Virus record (IMG/VR): IMGVR_UViG_3300009181_004605
Span: 5,133 to 69,132 of that record
Strand: one strand, 5' to 3'
Source of the DNA: a virus
DNA: 64,000 nucleotides
Part shown: positions 1 through 9,872 of the stretch, one piece after another
Layout: the number at the start of each line of letters is the position of its first letter
Numbering within the stretch: position 1 is the stretch's first letter
The notes under the pieces: model-generated
What the model saw: the letters and a program-made list of their open reading frames with translations, nothing else
Told to the model about the DNA's origin: nothing
Database searches by the model: none
Translations under genes and position numbers: made by a program

Positions 1-542
1 AAGACGTGGTTGGATATCTTAGTTTCGCCAAGCAAGACTTGTATGACTTTGATGCTAAGAGTGCCAGTCGGGCTTTTGCCACGCCGCGTTCGTGGGAATT
101 TGTTAGCCAATTGCTTGAAGAAGATGATGGCGATAACGAAACGTTGACAAACTTGATTGCTGGTACAGTGGGTGAGGGCCTGGCAGTTAAGTTCATGGCG
201 CACCGCAAGATATCAGGTAAGATGCCTAATCCTACTGATATCTTGGCAGGTAAAGTTACTACGCTGGAGACTAAGGAAATCAGCGCCATGTATAGCTTGG
301 TGATTTCATTGTGCTACGAATTGAAGGAGGCTATTACTAAGAAAATCGACAACGACAAATTTCACGAGATGTCCGATAACTTTTTTGGTTATATGATGAA
401 GAACTTTGAGACTGAGCTGGTGGTGATGGGTTCGCGCATTGCTCTTACCACATATGATCTTCCGTTCCAGCCTACCAAGCTTAAGAATTTTGACGAGTTC
501 CATAAACGTTACGGCAAATATATCCTGAAGGCAGACATTTAA
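1..542 (+). CDS. MoxR/RavA-like AAA+ ATPase, C-terminal part (5' truncated by window edge)
   Basis: Frame open from the window start; 'AFATPRSWEFVS' is the sensor-2-like TPRSW motif of phage MoxR-type ATPases; VWA partner gene lies downstream. Confidence 0.75.
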   Translation, partial: DVVGYLSFAKQDLYDFDAKSASRAFATPRSWEFVSQLLEEDDGDNETLTNLIAGTVGEGLAVKFMAHRKISGKMPNPTDILAGKVTTLETKEISAMYSLVISLCYELKEAITKKIDNDKFHEMSDNFFGYMMKNFETELVVMGSRIALTTYDLPFQPTKLKNFDEFHKRYGKYILKADI

Positions 543-566
543 TATGTCAGCATCGGTCTTGTTCTA

Positions 567-920
567 ATGCGATATATTATATCCAAGCTTGATGGGCGTA
601 ATCCAGACCATAACAACTTTGATTGGAAGATTGAGTTTTCTAAAATTCCAAGATGGGAAGTGCGTTTAGCTCATCAACATGAGTATGGTACTGGAGCATT
701 AGAATTTGATCGAGGTAGACGTTGGTTTAATGCCACGTATGGTTGGAGCCAGGATGTTGTAACAAGAGCCAAGATTGCCACCTGCTGTAAGCCAGAAGAT
801 GTCGCAGTTGGAGAAGTTAACCCACATTGGGCATATAGTATTATCTACAAAGATTATAGAATCTATGTTGCCGGTGATAAAGAAATTGCTTGGTTCCGGT
901 TAGCTCATAGCCAAACTTAA
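567..920 (+). CDS. hypothetical phage protein
   Basis: 117-aa ORF co-oriented with neighbours, fills the gap; no recognised motif. Confidence 0.6.
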   Translation: MRYIISKLDGRNPDHNNFDWKIEFSKIPRWEVRLAHQHEYGTGALEFDRGRRWFNATYGWSQDVVTRAKIATCCKPEDVAVGEVNPHWAYSIIYKDYRIYVAGDKEIAWFRLAHSQT

Positions 921-949
921 TTGTTATAATTTGCAATAAGTATCATAAT

Positions 950-1234
950 ATGAAAATGATCAGCACTGTCACTTGCATACTGTTATCACTTAATGGATGC
1001 ACTATTTTAGCCCAGCATTTGGGGGCAACTGCTACCACCGTGCAAATAGCACAAGGTGCAGACACTCTTAAAATAGCAGCAGATATGGTTAGTACAGCGA
1101 ACTCTGGAAAGACCATAACGGACCATGCATTGAGCCATGCCCTGGATAAGGAGTGTAATATATTTGGGGTTCTTAAAGGCAAAGAACTATGCACAGATGT
1201 TAAAACTCCAACGCCAAGCTTGGTTGACCAGTAA
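950..1234 (+). CDS. putative small lipoprotein
   Basis: Hydrophobic N-terminus ending in lipobox-like LLSLNG-C; preceded by TAAGTA motif at 937-942. Confidence 0.55.
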   Translation: MKMISTVTCILLSLNGCTILAQHLGATATTVQIAQGADTLKIAADMVSTANSGKTITDHALSHALDKECNIFGVLKGKELCTDVKTPTPSLVDQ

Positions 1235-1252
1235 TTCATACCGCTGTATAAT
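1224..1252 (+). promoter_or_regulatory. sigma70-type promoter TTGACC-N17-TATAAT
   Basis: TTGACC 1224-1229, TATAAT 1247-1252; AAGGA RBS before ATG at 1280. Confidence 0.7.
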
Positions 1253-1279
1253 AGCGTTATTGCATAAGGAATTAAACAA

Positions 1280-2590
1280 ATGACTATCAGCTATTTTCAT
1301 GGATTTAATACAAAGGTTCACCCCATTTATTCTTTGACAACTACAGAGAATAAAAAAGAGATGGCAAAGAAATTTGCTAATCTCATTGGCCCAACTGATC
1401 CCAAGATTGATCGAGACGTCCGCGAGGAGTTGATAACAGCCAGGGTGGGACTGTTGATCAAGGCATCATTTTTTGGTAACATGGCCACACGCCTAACGCT
1501 GGTCAATGCCGATAGCTGGTGCGCAACTGCGGCAACAGATGGCAGGAATTTCTACTACAATAGTCGCTTTATCAAATTGTTACGTGTCCGGGAGATTGAA
1601 TTCTTGTTTGGACATGAAGTGCTGCATTGCGTATATGATCACTTTGGCCGGCGCGGCGATCGCGATCCCCAGCTTTGGAACATTGCTGACGACTATCGTG
1701 TGAATGGCGACCTTGTAAAATACAAGATTGGCGAGAAGATTACTTCGGTACCATGCTTGTTTGATACCAAGTTTGATGACATGTATTCTGAAGAAATTTA
1801 TGATCATTTGTATAAAAATGCAAAAAAGATCAACATCAATGATCTAATGGGCAAATTGCTTGACGAACATATTGATGGTGACGAAGAAGATGGTGATAGC
1901 AGCGGTGAGGGTAAAGATGGACAACCAAAGTTGTCGGCAGAGGACCGTGCCCAAATACGCGACGAGATCAAAGAAGCTATACTGGCAGCGGCGGCAGCAT
2001 GCGATAATGCCGGTAATCTTCCTGCTGGTGTGAAACGTATTATCCAGGATATGACAGAAAGCAAGATGGATTGGCGCGATCTGTTGCGTATGCAGCTGGA
2101 GAGCACTATTAAAACAGACTTTACTTGGATGCGGGCAAGCAGGCGTGGCTGGCATATGGATGCTATTATGCCAGGTATGAAATACGACGAAATGATTGAT
2201 ATCGCAGTAGGTATTGATGCATCCGGTTCCATTGACACGCAGATGCTAAAAGATTTTCTAGGTGAAATCCAAGGCATCATGGATTCCTTTCCTGCATATC
2301 GTATCCATGTGTTCACATTTGATACTGAAGTATATAATCCAGCACAATATGATTCGGATAACCTTGATACCATTTGCGATTATGAGGTAAGTGGTGGCGG
2401 TGGCACAGATTTCACTTCCATGTATCATTACATGAAAGACAATCAAATTGAACCAAAACGCTTGGTGGTATTCACAGATGGATATCCATGTGGCAGTTGG
2501 GGTGATGAGAATTATTGCGATGCTGTTTGGATCATACACGGCAATAAATCTATTGTTGCCCCGTTCGGCCAGACCGCATATTACGAATAA
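1280..2590 (+). CDS. VWA-domain protein with N-terminal HEXXH metallopeptidase-like domain (DUF2201-like)
   Basis: TAATDG and HEVLH motifs, acidic linker, C-terminal MIDAS DASGS, GGGGTDF, VFTDGY. Confidence 0.85.
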   Translation: MTISYFHGFNTKVHPIYSLTTTENKKEMAKKFANLIGPTDPKIDRDVREELITARVGLLIKASFFGNMATRLTLVNADSWCATAATDGRNFYYNSRFIKLLRVREIEFLFGHEVLHCVYDHFGRRGDRDPQLWNIADDYRVNGDLVKYKIGEKITSVPCLFDTKFDDMYSEEIYDHLYKNAKKININDLMGKLLDEHIDGDEEDGDSSGEGKDGQPKLSAEDRAQIRDEIKEAILAAAAACDNAGNLPAGVKRIIQDMTESKMDWRDLLRMQLESTIKTDFTWMRASRRGWHMDAIMPGMKYDEMIDIAVGIDASGSIDTQMLKDFLGEIQGIMDSFPAYRIHVFTFDTEVYNPAQYDSDNLDTICDYEVSGGGGTDFTSMYHYMKDNQIEPKRLVVFTDGYPCGSWGDENYCDAVWIIHGNKSIVAPFGQTAYYE

Positions 2591-2616
2591 TATGTAGGAT
2601 ATCAATTTTACCATTT

Positions 2617-2638
2617 TGCCCCATAATGGGGCATTTTT
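2617..2638 (+). terminator. Rho-independent terminator
   Basis: TGCCCCA-TAA-TGGGGCA hairpin followed by TTTTT, just after the VWA gene. Confidence 0.75.
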
Positions 2639-2696
2639 ATGGTAGAAAATATATTCCAACTTGCTAAAGATAGTAAATATCTATACGGAGATTACA

Positions 2697-2897
2697 ATGG
2701 ACGAACAACAGATTACTATATCAGACTTAGACGCGTTAAAAAATCTAATCAATTTGGCATGTGGTCGTGGTGCATTTAGGGCCGACGAAATGACACAGAT
2801 TGGCACATTGTACGACAAACTAGATAAATTTCTTACAGTGGCCGTGGCACAGGCACAAGCGGAAGCAGCAACAGACCTAACACAAACAGGAGAATAA
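2697..2897 (+). CDS. small hypothetical phage protein
   Basis: ATG at 2697 with GGAG RBS and upstream TAAATA (2674-2679); helical 66-aa product. Confidence 0.7.
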   Translation: MDEQQITISDLDALKNLINLACGRGAFRADEMTQIGTLYDKLDKFLTVAVAQAQAEAATDLTQTGE

Positions 2898-2898
2898 C

Positions 2899-3621
2899 AT
2901 GGTATTTTTAAAACACGTAGGGAAGCACGGAGATCGCATGGTATGTATATTGTACAAAACTGTGCCGGGTGAAGATCATATGTGTCTGCTGGTATATCCA
3001 CAAGTGCTGCCGGCTCCTTGGCATGATACTATTATGAAGGTACTTGAAAGCGAACCTGGTCAACAAGCTGATGAATTTTCGGATGCTTTGCATAGGAATC
3101 TATTACCGGATGGTAGGCCAATATTAGAAACATTGCATCATGAGCGTATGATTAAGAAAGTACGTACCAGTGACATTATTGTTACTCCCCGTCCGGGTTC
3201 GTCAATTCGTTTAGACGAACTTAACAAGATGTTGACTGAGATGAAAACTGGTGATGCTGCCAAGGAACGTATGGCTCTGGCTGATAGGAGTCGTGGCATG
3301 GTTGCTCCTGAAGTCAAACGTGCAGCGGAGGCAGCTTTTAAGGAAAGCAAAGGAGTGCCTAAAACACCACAAATCGTGGCCGGTACTGATGGTGCTCTTA
3401 GTGATCGTGACATAGCCGGCAATATGTTGGCTCAGGCACAACGCATGGAGGCTGAGGGCAAAGGACTGTTAGATGAATCAGCAAGGATGAAGAAGGATGC
3501 GGAACGTATGCATCCAGGTGTGGTCTCTAAGGAAACAGTATCAATTACAACCCCAGCAGTTAAACGCACACGCGGTCCAGGCAAAGCTAAAACTGCGGTG
3601 GTAGCGGATGCAGCTTCCTGA
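2899..3621 (+). CDS. hypothetical phage protein (coiled-coil, basic C-terminal tail)
   Basis: 240-aa ORF with AGGAG RBS, coupled to neighbours. Confidence 0.7.
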   Translation: MVFLKHVGKHGDRMVCILYKTVPGEDHMCLLVYPQVLPAPWHDTIMKVLESEPGQQADEFSDALHRNLLPDGRPILETLHHERMIKKVRTSDIIVTPRPGSSIRLDELNKMLTEMKTGDAAKERMALADRSRGMVAPEVKRAAEAAFKESKGVPKTPQIVAGTDGALSDRDIAGNMLAQAQRMEAEGKGLLDESARMKKDAERMHPGVVSKETVSITTPAVKRTRGPGKAKTAVVADAAS

Positions 3622-3910
3622 TAATTTCTTAGAACAATGGGAACACATAATTGCCGATGTTAACAAAACTGATGTTCCACTTGAATGCATAAAAAAAGTT
3701 GTGATCAAGTTAGTGGGCGGACGGCAACGCACCATTAACTTGCATACTTTACGAAAGCAAGGATTGGATGTAGATGAAATTGAATCTCTGCTGACAAGAA
3801 CATTCAATGAACAAGATGCTGATATACGCGATGTAGACTTTGTTGTGGATATACGCACGGTGGCTGCATTAATACAACCTGAAACCGATAAACTATTGGG
3901 AAAAATATGA
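3608..3910 (+). CDS. hypothetical phage protein
   Basis: 100-aa ORF overlapping both neighbours; ATGA coupling to thyX. Confidence 0.7.
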   Translation: MQLPDNFLEQWEHIIADVNKTDVPLECIKKVVIKLVGGRQRTINLHTLRKQGLDVDEIESLLTRTFNEQDADIRDVDFVVDIRTVAALIQPETDKLLGKI

Positions 3911-4578
3911 AGGCGAGACTCTTATCCTACAGCCAACCGACACCGGAATTTCATGCTGTGGGGATTTTAGATGCACAAGAGTTGGTGGCGTATTGCGCTC
4001 GTGTCAGTAATCCAACAAATCAATTAAACACAGACACATCTGAAAAGCTTATAAAATATCTTATCAAGCATCAGCACTGGAGCCCTCTTGAAATGGTTTC
4101 GGCATGTTTGGAAATTGAAACTACACGTGATATTGCTCGACAGATACTACGACATCGATCATTTTCATTCCAAGAATTTAGCCAAAGATATGCTGATCCG
4201 ACAAAGGATCTGTCATTTGTGCTGCGTGATGCAAGGATGCAGGATCCAGTAAACAGACAGAATAGTATCCCACTTGGTGCTACACCTGCTGATGCTATTA
4301 TCGCCAATGAATGGCGTGACAAGCAAGTAGAGTTAATAACACTTGCTAAAGAAACATACGAGTGGGCAGTAAGCAAGGGTATAGCCAAGGAACAGGCTCG
4401 TGCTGTGCTTCCAGAGGGCAATACTGTAAGCAAACTCTATATGAATGGCACATTGAGAAGTTGGATACATTGGATACAATTGCGATCGGGCAACGGAACA
4501 CAGCTCGAGCATCAAGAAATCGCCATTGTTTGCGCCGAAGTTATCGCAAAGATTTTTCCAATTGCAAAAAATTTATAG
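3907..4578 (+). CDS. thyX: FAD-dependent thymidylate synthase
   Basis: ThyX motif RHRSFSFQEFSQRY, HWSPLE, KEQARAVLP. Confidence 0.95.
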   Translation: MKARLLSYSQPTPEFHAVGILDAQELVAYCARVSNPTNQLNTDTSEKLIKYLIKHQHWSPLEMVSACLEIETTRDIARQILRHRSFSFQEFSQRYADPTKDLSFVLRDARMQDPVNRQNSIPLGATPADAIIANEWRDKQVELITLAKETYEWAVSKGIAKEQARAVLPEGNTVSKLYMNGTLRSWIHWIQLRSGNGTQLEHQEIAIVCAEVIAKIFPIAKNL

Positions 4579-4587
4579 GATAATATC

Positions 4588-5457
4588 GTGAAACATATCA
4601 ATCTTCCGGATCAAGATCCTCCATCACATAGAATGTTTAAAGAAGTTAATACTCCCCCTTTTTCTATTCCTAATGTCCATTTACCAAATGTAGAAGTATA
4701 TGATAATCTATTAGATGAACAGTTTCATAAAGAAGTGTATAATTATATAATTGATCAAGTGTGGTGTGAAGCATGGGGTGCAATTCCATTTGAAGTACAA
4801 CTTCGTCGACCAGCCGATTGGGACGATAGTTACGCTCATCACAGTTACCGGCGTCGTGGTTATATGCAACCACGATGCCCGCTTGGCAGTGATGAAAATA
4901 GCATACAGAGAGACCATCCTATAATATGGAAATTATGGCAATCTATAAATTCTCATCTTGATAATCGTTATGAAATTGCTGGCACTCCTGAAGGTATGCA
5001 TTGGGATAAAAAATGTCCAGATACTTTAAATCCCGATTTAAAACCTGGATGGCGAGTTTATGCGAACGGACAAGGAAACGATTTAATGGCATCTGGCGCT
5101 GCTATACATAGAGATACTCCTAATCTTGCTGATGAAAATACTGTTACTATAATATGGGTAGCAACTATAGAATGGTACCCAAGTTGGGGGCAAGAGATTA
5201 CGTTTTATCCCGAAGATCCAACTGGAGCGACCGGAGATCACCAACAATTTTTCAAAGGTGAGCGTAATCAAAATAGAAATTTTAGAATTGGATGGCCAGA
5301 CGACGGTAAAACTGTGTGTGTTAAACCAAATCGATTAATAGTATATGATGGTAGAACGCTACATTCAACAGCCACAGCTAAAAATTGGGAGATTACGGTA
5401 CAAAATCGTCGTATAGTGTTCAGAGCTAGATTAAAAAATACAGTACCACCAACATAA
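4588..5457 (+). CDS. 2OG-Fe(II) oxygenase superfamily protein
   Basis: HxD (IHRD), W-P-WG segment, KPNRLIVYDGRTLH distal His, terminal R..IVF; GTG start. Confidence 0.75.
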   Translation: MKHINLPDQDPPSHRMFKEVNTPPFSIPNVHLPNVEVYDNLLDEQFHKEVYNYIIDQVWCEAWGAIPFEVQLRRPADWDDSYAHHSYRRRGYMQPRCPLGSDENSIQRDHPIIWKLWQSINSHLDNRYEIAGTPEGMHWDKKCPDTLNPDLKPGWRVYANGQGNDLMASGAAIHRDTPNLADENTVTIIWVATIEWYPSWGQEITFYPEDPTGATGDHQQFFKGERNQNRNFRIGWPDDGKTVCVKPNRLIVYDGRTLHSTATAKNWEITVQNRRIVFRARLKNTVPPT

Positions 5458-5482
5458 CAATATATTTGTTGAGAACATAATA

Positions 5483-6082
5483 ATGCCACATTTTACATCT
5501 GATTGGTTTTCTAATAATGCATTAGTAAACTTCGATTATATCACCAACTATCTTAATAAAGAAAAACAAATCGATAGCATATTGGAAATAGGTAGCCACG
5601 AAGGCAGGAGTGCCTGTTGGATGTTGGAAAATATGTTAAGTGATACAGGCACAATGACTTGCATTGATCCCTTTGCTGATAGACCGGTTACTGCTTTTGC
5701 AGAAGATAGTATTCCGGAGGATAGAACGATCGAGAATCGTTTCCGGGCAAATATTGCCGAAGTCAAAGGTGCAAATCAAACAGTAAATGTCATGGTCGAT
5801 TTAAGTTTCTCTGCATTAGCACAATTGATAGTTGCTAAACAACAATACGATTTTATCTATGTGGATGGTACACATCATGCTGATGAAGTATTGGCTGATG
5901 CTGTGATGTGTTTTGGAATGTTACAGTCTGGTGGTGTTATGTTGTTCGACGACTATCTATGGGAAGATGATCCAAGGCATCTGGGGCGATGTAAAGCCAG
6001 TATCGATGCATTTGTAAATATGTTTTATGATAGACTTAAATTGGGCCTGGTAAATTATCAATTAGCAATAGTTAAGAAATAA
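5483..6082 (+). CDS. class I SAM-dependent methyltransferase (Methyltransf_24-like)
   Basis: LEIGSHEGRS motif I, YDFIYVDGTH, GGVMLFDDY. Confidence 0.85.
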   Translation: MPHFTSDWFSNNALVNFDYITNYLNKEKQIDSILEIGSHEGRSACWMLENMLSDTGTMTCIDPFADRPVTAFAEDSIPEDRTIENRFRANIAEVKGANQTVNVMVDLSFSALAQLIVAKQQYDFIYVDGTHHADEVLADAVMCFGMLQSGGVMLFDDYLWEDDPRHLGRCKASIDAFVNMFYDRLKLGLVNYQLAIVKK

Positions 6083-6094
6083 TTTCTTAAATAT

Positions 6095-7174
6095 ATGACA
6101 GGGCTTACAATCCCCTTTACTGGGCTTAAAAAACAGTATAACAATCTACGTGATGAAATATTAGCTGCCACCGACGAGGTATTGCGTTCCGGACAGTTAA
6201 TGAATGGAAATTACACAGCTGAATTTGAAGATTGGCTGGCCAAGAAGAATCACACCAAATATGCTATAACGTGTCATTCCGGAACCCAGGCATTAGAAAT
6301 TATCGCGCAATATCACGCGCAGAATGCACATACTAAATTCCCAGTTGTGCTACTCCCTGCAATGACGTATGTGGCCACGGCGAATGCATTTATTAGGGCA
6401 GGATGGTCTATTAGAATTCTCGACACTGATGCATATGGCATTATAGCAACAGACAACAAGCAGTTACGCGATCCTGCTCAAGCTGTTGTTTTGGTGGGAT
6501 TATATGGTGCAGCCCAAACAAGAGATGTATATTGGAAAGGAGAAGCCAGAATACTTATTGAGGATGCTGCACAGCATTGGCTGGCAAATGATTGCACAAG
6601 AGTCGGGTGTGCTGCTATAAGTTTTGACCCAATGAAGAATCTTTCCTGTTATGGAAATGGTGGTGCTGTTGTTACTGACGATTTATATCTGGCAGAATAT
6701 GCAAGAAGTTGGAGAGATAATGGCAAGCCCACACATGCAGATACCGGAACCAATAGTCGTATGAGTGAGATCGATTGTGCTCAGATGATGGTTAAAACCA
6801 AATATATCGATACATGGCAATCACAACGCAAAGAGATTGTGCATTATTGGATGGAACAGTTCGAGAAAGTGGGTATACGCAGCTTGATAGATAGCACGAA
6901 CTTTGCTCGGCATTGCTATCATAAGTTTGTTATAGACATTGATAACAGAGATATTGTTAAACAACAACTGGCCGACAGCAAGATCGAAACTCGCATACAC
7001 TATGCACAGCCCTTGCACGAATTGCCTGCTTATGCTGATCTTCCTGGTCCTGGTTTCTTTAGTAAAGCAAGTGCATTAAGTCGACGTGTTCTTTCTTTGC
7101 CATTGTATCCTGAGCTCACCGATCTTGAAGTTGAATATGTTGCTGATCACGTTATACGATATACTAAATTATAA
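6095..7174 (+). CDS. DegT/DnrJ/EryC1/StrS family PLP-dependent sugar aminotransferase
   Basis: SGTQAL, TYVATANA, IEDAAQ, SFDPMKNL (PLP lysine), GNGGAV, LSLPLYP. Confidence 0.92.
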   Translation: MTGLTIPFTGLKKQYNNLRDEILAATDEVLRSGQLMNGNYTAEFEDWLAKKNHTKYAITCHSGTQALEIIAQYHAQNAHTKFPVVLLPAMTYVATANAFIRAGWSIRILDTDAYGIIATDNKQLRDPAQAVVLVGLYGAAQTRDVYWKGEARILIEDAAQHWLANDCTRVGCAAISFDPMKNLSCYGNGGAVVTDDLYLAEYARSWRDNGKPTHADTGTNSRMSEIDCAQMMVKTKYIDTWQSQRKEIVHYWMEQFEKVGIRSLIDSTNFARHCYHKFVIDIDNRDIVKQQLADSKIETRIHYAQPLHELPAYADLPGPGFFSKASALSRRVLSLPLYPELTDLEVEYVADHVIRYTKL

Positions 7175-8739
7175 TACGTTAATAACCAATGCCACTCATA
7201 CGTCTTACGTAATTCTGTAAAATTTCCTTTAACTGACTTATAGTAAGTTACTGCATCTAATGCTCCTTGTTGACTTGCATCTGCAAATTTGCCAGTGCCA
7301 GGACGTTGCCAAATACCAAGTCTGTACTGCGATTCAACATCTGTCGTATTGCATTGTAGTTTTATAACTTCTCTAAATGCTGTCCTCCATGCTGTCCATG
7401 CATCAGCAGCATACTCTGCCACACCCGACAATACGGGAACAACCTCATGTTCCTGCTCAAGTGTAAAGTCTAAACCTTGTGCATTATTTTCCATGACTAA
7501 TCGTTTATTATATGCTATCATAGCTTGATGACCATATACTAAACCATTTACAGGGTTAAGGGCATGGAAGATATAATGCTTAGATTGTTGTAAGCGATCG
7601 GGTTGCCAATTCCAATTGAACTTATCATCAACTTTTAGTTTTGCAAACACACAAAAAGCCCAATCGGTATCACTTGCAAATAATGCAGCACGATATGCTT
7701 GTGCTCTACCAACAACTCCATCGATGCGTATCACACGATTGGCTGCATGTTTAGTAACTGTGAGTAGATGCTGCCAGTTTTGCTCGGCATTACTTTCTCC
7801 GTTACTGATAAACACTATATCAAGTGGTGCATCTGTTACGGATTTAGCATATGAACGATCAATGGTTGGATAATCGTATAATTGTGTCTTAAGGAAGTTC
7901 TTAGCTTCTCGTGGTACCACAACTGAACTGGCACCAATGCTTAATGGAATTATAGCTTTGGTTTCTGTACGCCAAAGGTTAATTGCAGGGGGATTAGAAA
8001 CTGCTGTATGGCGAACAAATTGCACAACAGGGTCCTGAAAATCATGTAACCATACTGCATCAACTTGGCTATCATGTGCATGCGATACAATTGGCATTGG
8101 CTTTCTAGGTACTACAATATCCTCAACAAAGTGTATGGTATCAAACCATTCTAAGAGAGCAAGTTTGGCAGTTTTGGCAAGAAAGGTAGGTACATGGACA
8201 TAAAAGGTATCACCAAATACTTGTTCATCGCTAGGGAATACGTGTAACATTTCTTGCTGCCATTCGCTTGGATGCCAGGTAAAATCAAAATTGCTATAAT
8301 CACAAACACTGGATATCACCCAAACGTATTCATCTGTTACTTTAGACAACACTCGTCGTAGGGTGCCGAGATAATCATTGATGTATCGGGTATGCTGCTG
8401 TACTTTTGGCAGACTATCATTCCCGTGATCGATGCCAATGATAGGAACTGAATGTATACGTGGAATTGCTGTATGTGTTCTGTTTATTTCTGTGTGACTA
8501 TGTTTGGGTATTAAGTATGTTGCACCATTTTCTTGATGTTGACTGGGCCATACGTGAGCTTGATGTGCTTGCCATTGCACCGGTTCAAAAAGAAAATCAA
8601 ACGTATCATAGTCCGATAAGTAGTTTATGATCCAACAGAATCTTGTTTTGCTTAATTGTTGTGCATGTTTGATAGAATCTGCTGCTTGCTCATGTGCAAA
8701 CAATTTAGGTGCGGTTCCAATATAAAATATATCAAACAT
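7147..8739 (-). CDS. multi-domain glycosyltransferase-like protein (internal repeats plus GT-A-like C-terminal domain)
   Basis: C-terminal domain (DIVFIS..E, NGLVYG, AWRTAFREVIKL) is paralogous to 23391-24317; repeated W/F..DY..FDF..P.W unit. Confidence 0.55.
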   Translation of the reverse strand: MFDIFYIGTAPKLFAHEQAADSIKHAQQLSKTRFCWIINYLSDYDTFDFLFEPVQWQAHQAHVWPSQHQENGATYLIPKHSHTEINRTHTAIPRIHSVPIIGIDHGNDSLPKVQQHTRYINDYLGTLRRVLSKVTDEYVWVISSVCDYSNFDFTWHPSEWQQEMLHVFPSDEQVFGDTFYVHVPTFLAKTAKLALLEWFDTIHFVEDIVVPRKPMPIVSHAHDSQVDAVWLHDFQDPVVQFVRHTAVSNPPAINLWRTETKAIIPLSIGASSVVVPREAKNFLKTQLYDYPTIDRSYAKSVTDAPLDIVFISNGESNAEQNWQHLLTVTKHAANRVIRIDGVVGRAQAYRAALFASDTDWAFCVFAKLKVDDKFNWNWQPDRLQQSKHYIFHALNPVNGLVYGHQAMIAYNKRLVMENNAQGLDFTLEQEHEVVPVLSGVAEYAADAWTAWRTAFREVIKLQCNTTDVESQYRLGIWQRPGTGKFADASQQGALDAVTYYKSVKGNFTELRKTYEWHWLLTYYNLVYRIT

Positions 8740-9862
8740 GATTCGAATTGATGAGATTTACCAAAATACCTTTAAGGCTTGGTTAAAACAAAATAAAGTA
8801 GGAACTCGGATATTGCTTTGCGATCCATTTGGCAGAAGTGATCCAGATAGTATAATTAGTTATGATGATCAATCTATACTACAACAAAATTATGTATTCT
8901 TTTTTGATCAAGAACCTATTGATTTAAAAAGACACAAGGCAACTATAGAACGCGCACAAGATATAAATTATCTATATCTGCTAAGGAAAGGGGTATCTTA
9001 TAAAACAAAACAAGTGTTACCGGGATGTATTGTTACCAGTGAAAAAGATAGCGAAATTATTGCACAAATTTGTGATCAGTACAACATACCGTCTGCATAT
9101 TATTTCTTTCATGGTTGGGCGGCATTAGATTGGTATCGTGGATATAATCAAACTTTCTTAATATCCTCTCCTGGAGAGAGAGTTATAAACAAAACATTTA
9201 TAATGCCAAATCGTATCATTGCTGGTCAGCGCCAACATAGATTACTAATGTTATATCACATTTTTAAGAGTAATCTTAAAGATAATTGGATTAGTTGTCC
9301 GGCGATATGTCCGGCAGAAAATATAGATATTAACACAGCGGTGCAATCATTAAGCGAAACTTATCCAGATATTTGTGATATTTTTTCCCGGAAAATATTT
9401 CCTATGCAATTTCCTGGAGAAATTGATCATCCCATGCATAGCTGTTGGTTAAGCCTATTCGATGAGAGTGCCGAATGTTTACTATATCTTGTTACAGAAA
9501 CTGTGGCAACAGGCAAACGATTACATCTTACAGAAAAAACATTTAAACCGATATGTTTGGAAATGCCATTTATTATAGTAGGGACAAGAGGCAGTTTAGA
9601 ATATCTACGTAGCTATGGATTTCAAACATTCGGCAGCTTATGGGACGAAAGTTATGATGATGAACATGATGACATCGTTCGACTGGAAAAGATTGCGCAA
9701 TTATTGAAAGAATTAGATGCACTATCACAGAAAGAAAAACAAGAGTTGTTTCATGCCAGTAACGATATAATACGACACAACTATAATCATTTTTACAATG
9801 GTGGATTTGAAAAAATACTATGGGCAGAGTTAATTCACATGCTTGAAACTCTTCCAATATAA
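8738..9862 (+). CDS. glycosyltransferase-like protein (GT-B/GT10-like C-terminus)
   Basis: LVTETV..HLTEKTFKPI..PFII.G...L.YLRSYGFQTF..WDESYD; paralog of 20130-21314. Confidence 0.5.
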   Translation: MIRIDEIYQNTFKAWLKQNKVGTRILLCDPFGRSDPDSIISYDDQSILQQNYVFFFDQEPIDLKRHKATIERAQDINYLYLLRKGVSYKTKQVLPGCIVTSEKDSEIIAQICDQYNIPSAYYFFHGWAALDWYRGYNQTFLISSPGERVINKTFIMPNRIIAGQRQHRLLMLYHIFKSNLKDNWISCPAICPAENIDINTAVQSLSETYPDICDIFSRKIFPMQFPGEIDHPMHSCWLSLFDESAECLLYLVTETVATGKRLHLTEKTFKPICLEMPFIIVGTRGSLEYLRSYGFQTFGSLWDESYDDEHDDIVRLEKIAQLLKELDALSQKEKQELFHASNDIIRHNYNHFYNGGFEKILWAELIHMLETLPI

Positions 9863-9872
9863 TAGGATAACT

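Noticed and set aside
1804-2373. 189-aa antisense ORF and the many other 60-170 aa opposite-strand ORFs in the track
   Set aside because: Shadow ORFs fully inside well-supported genes, with no motifs or RBS
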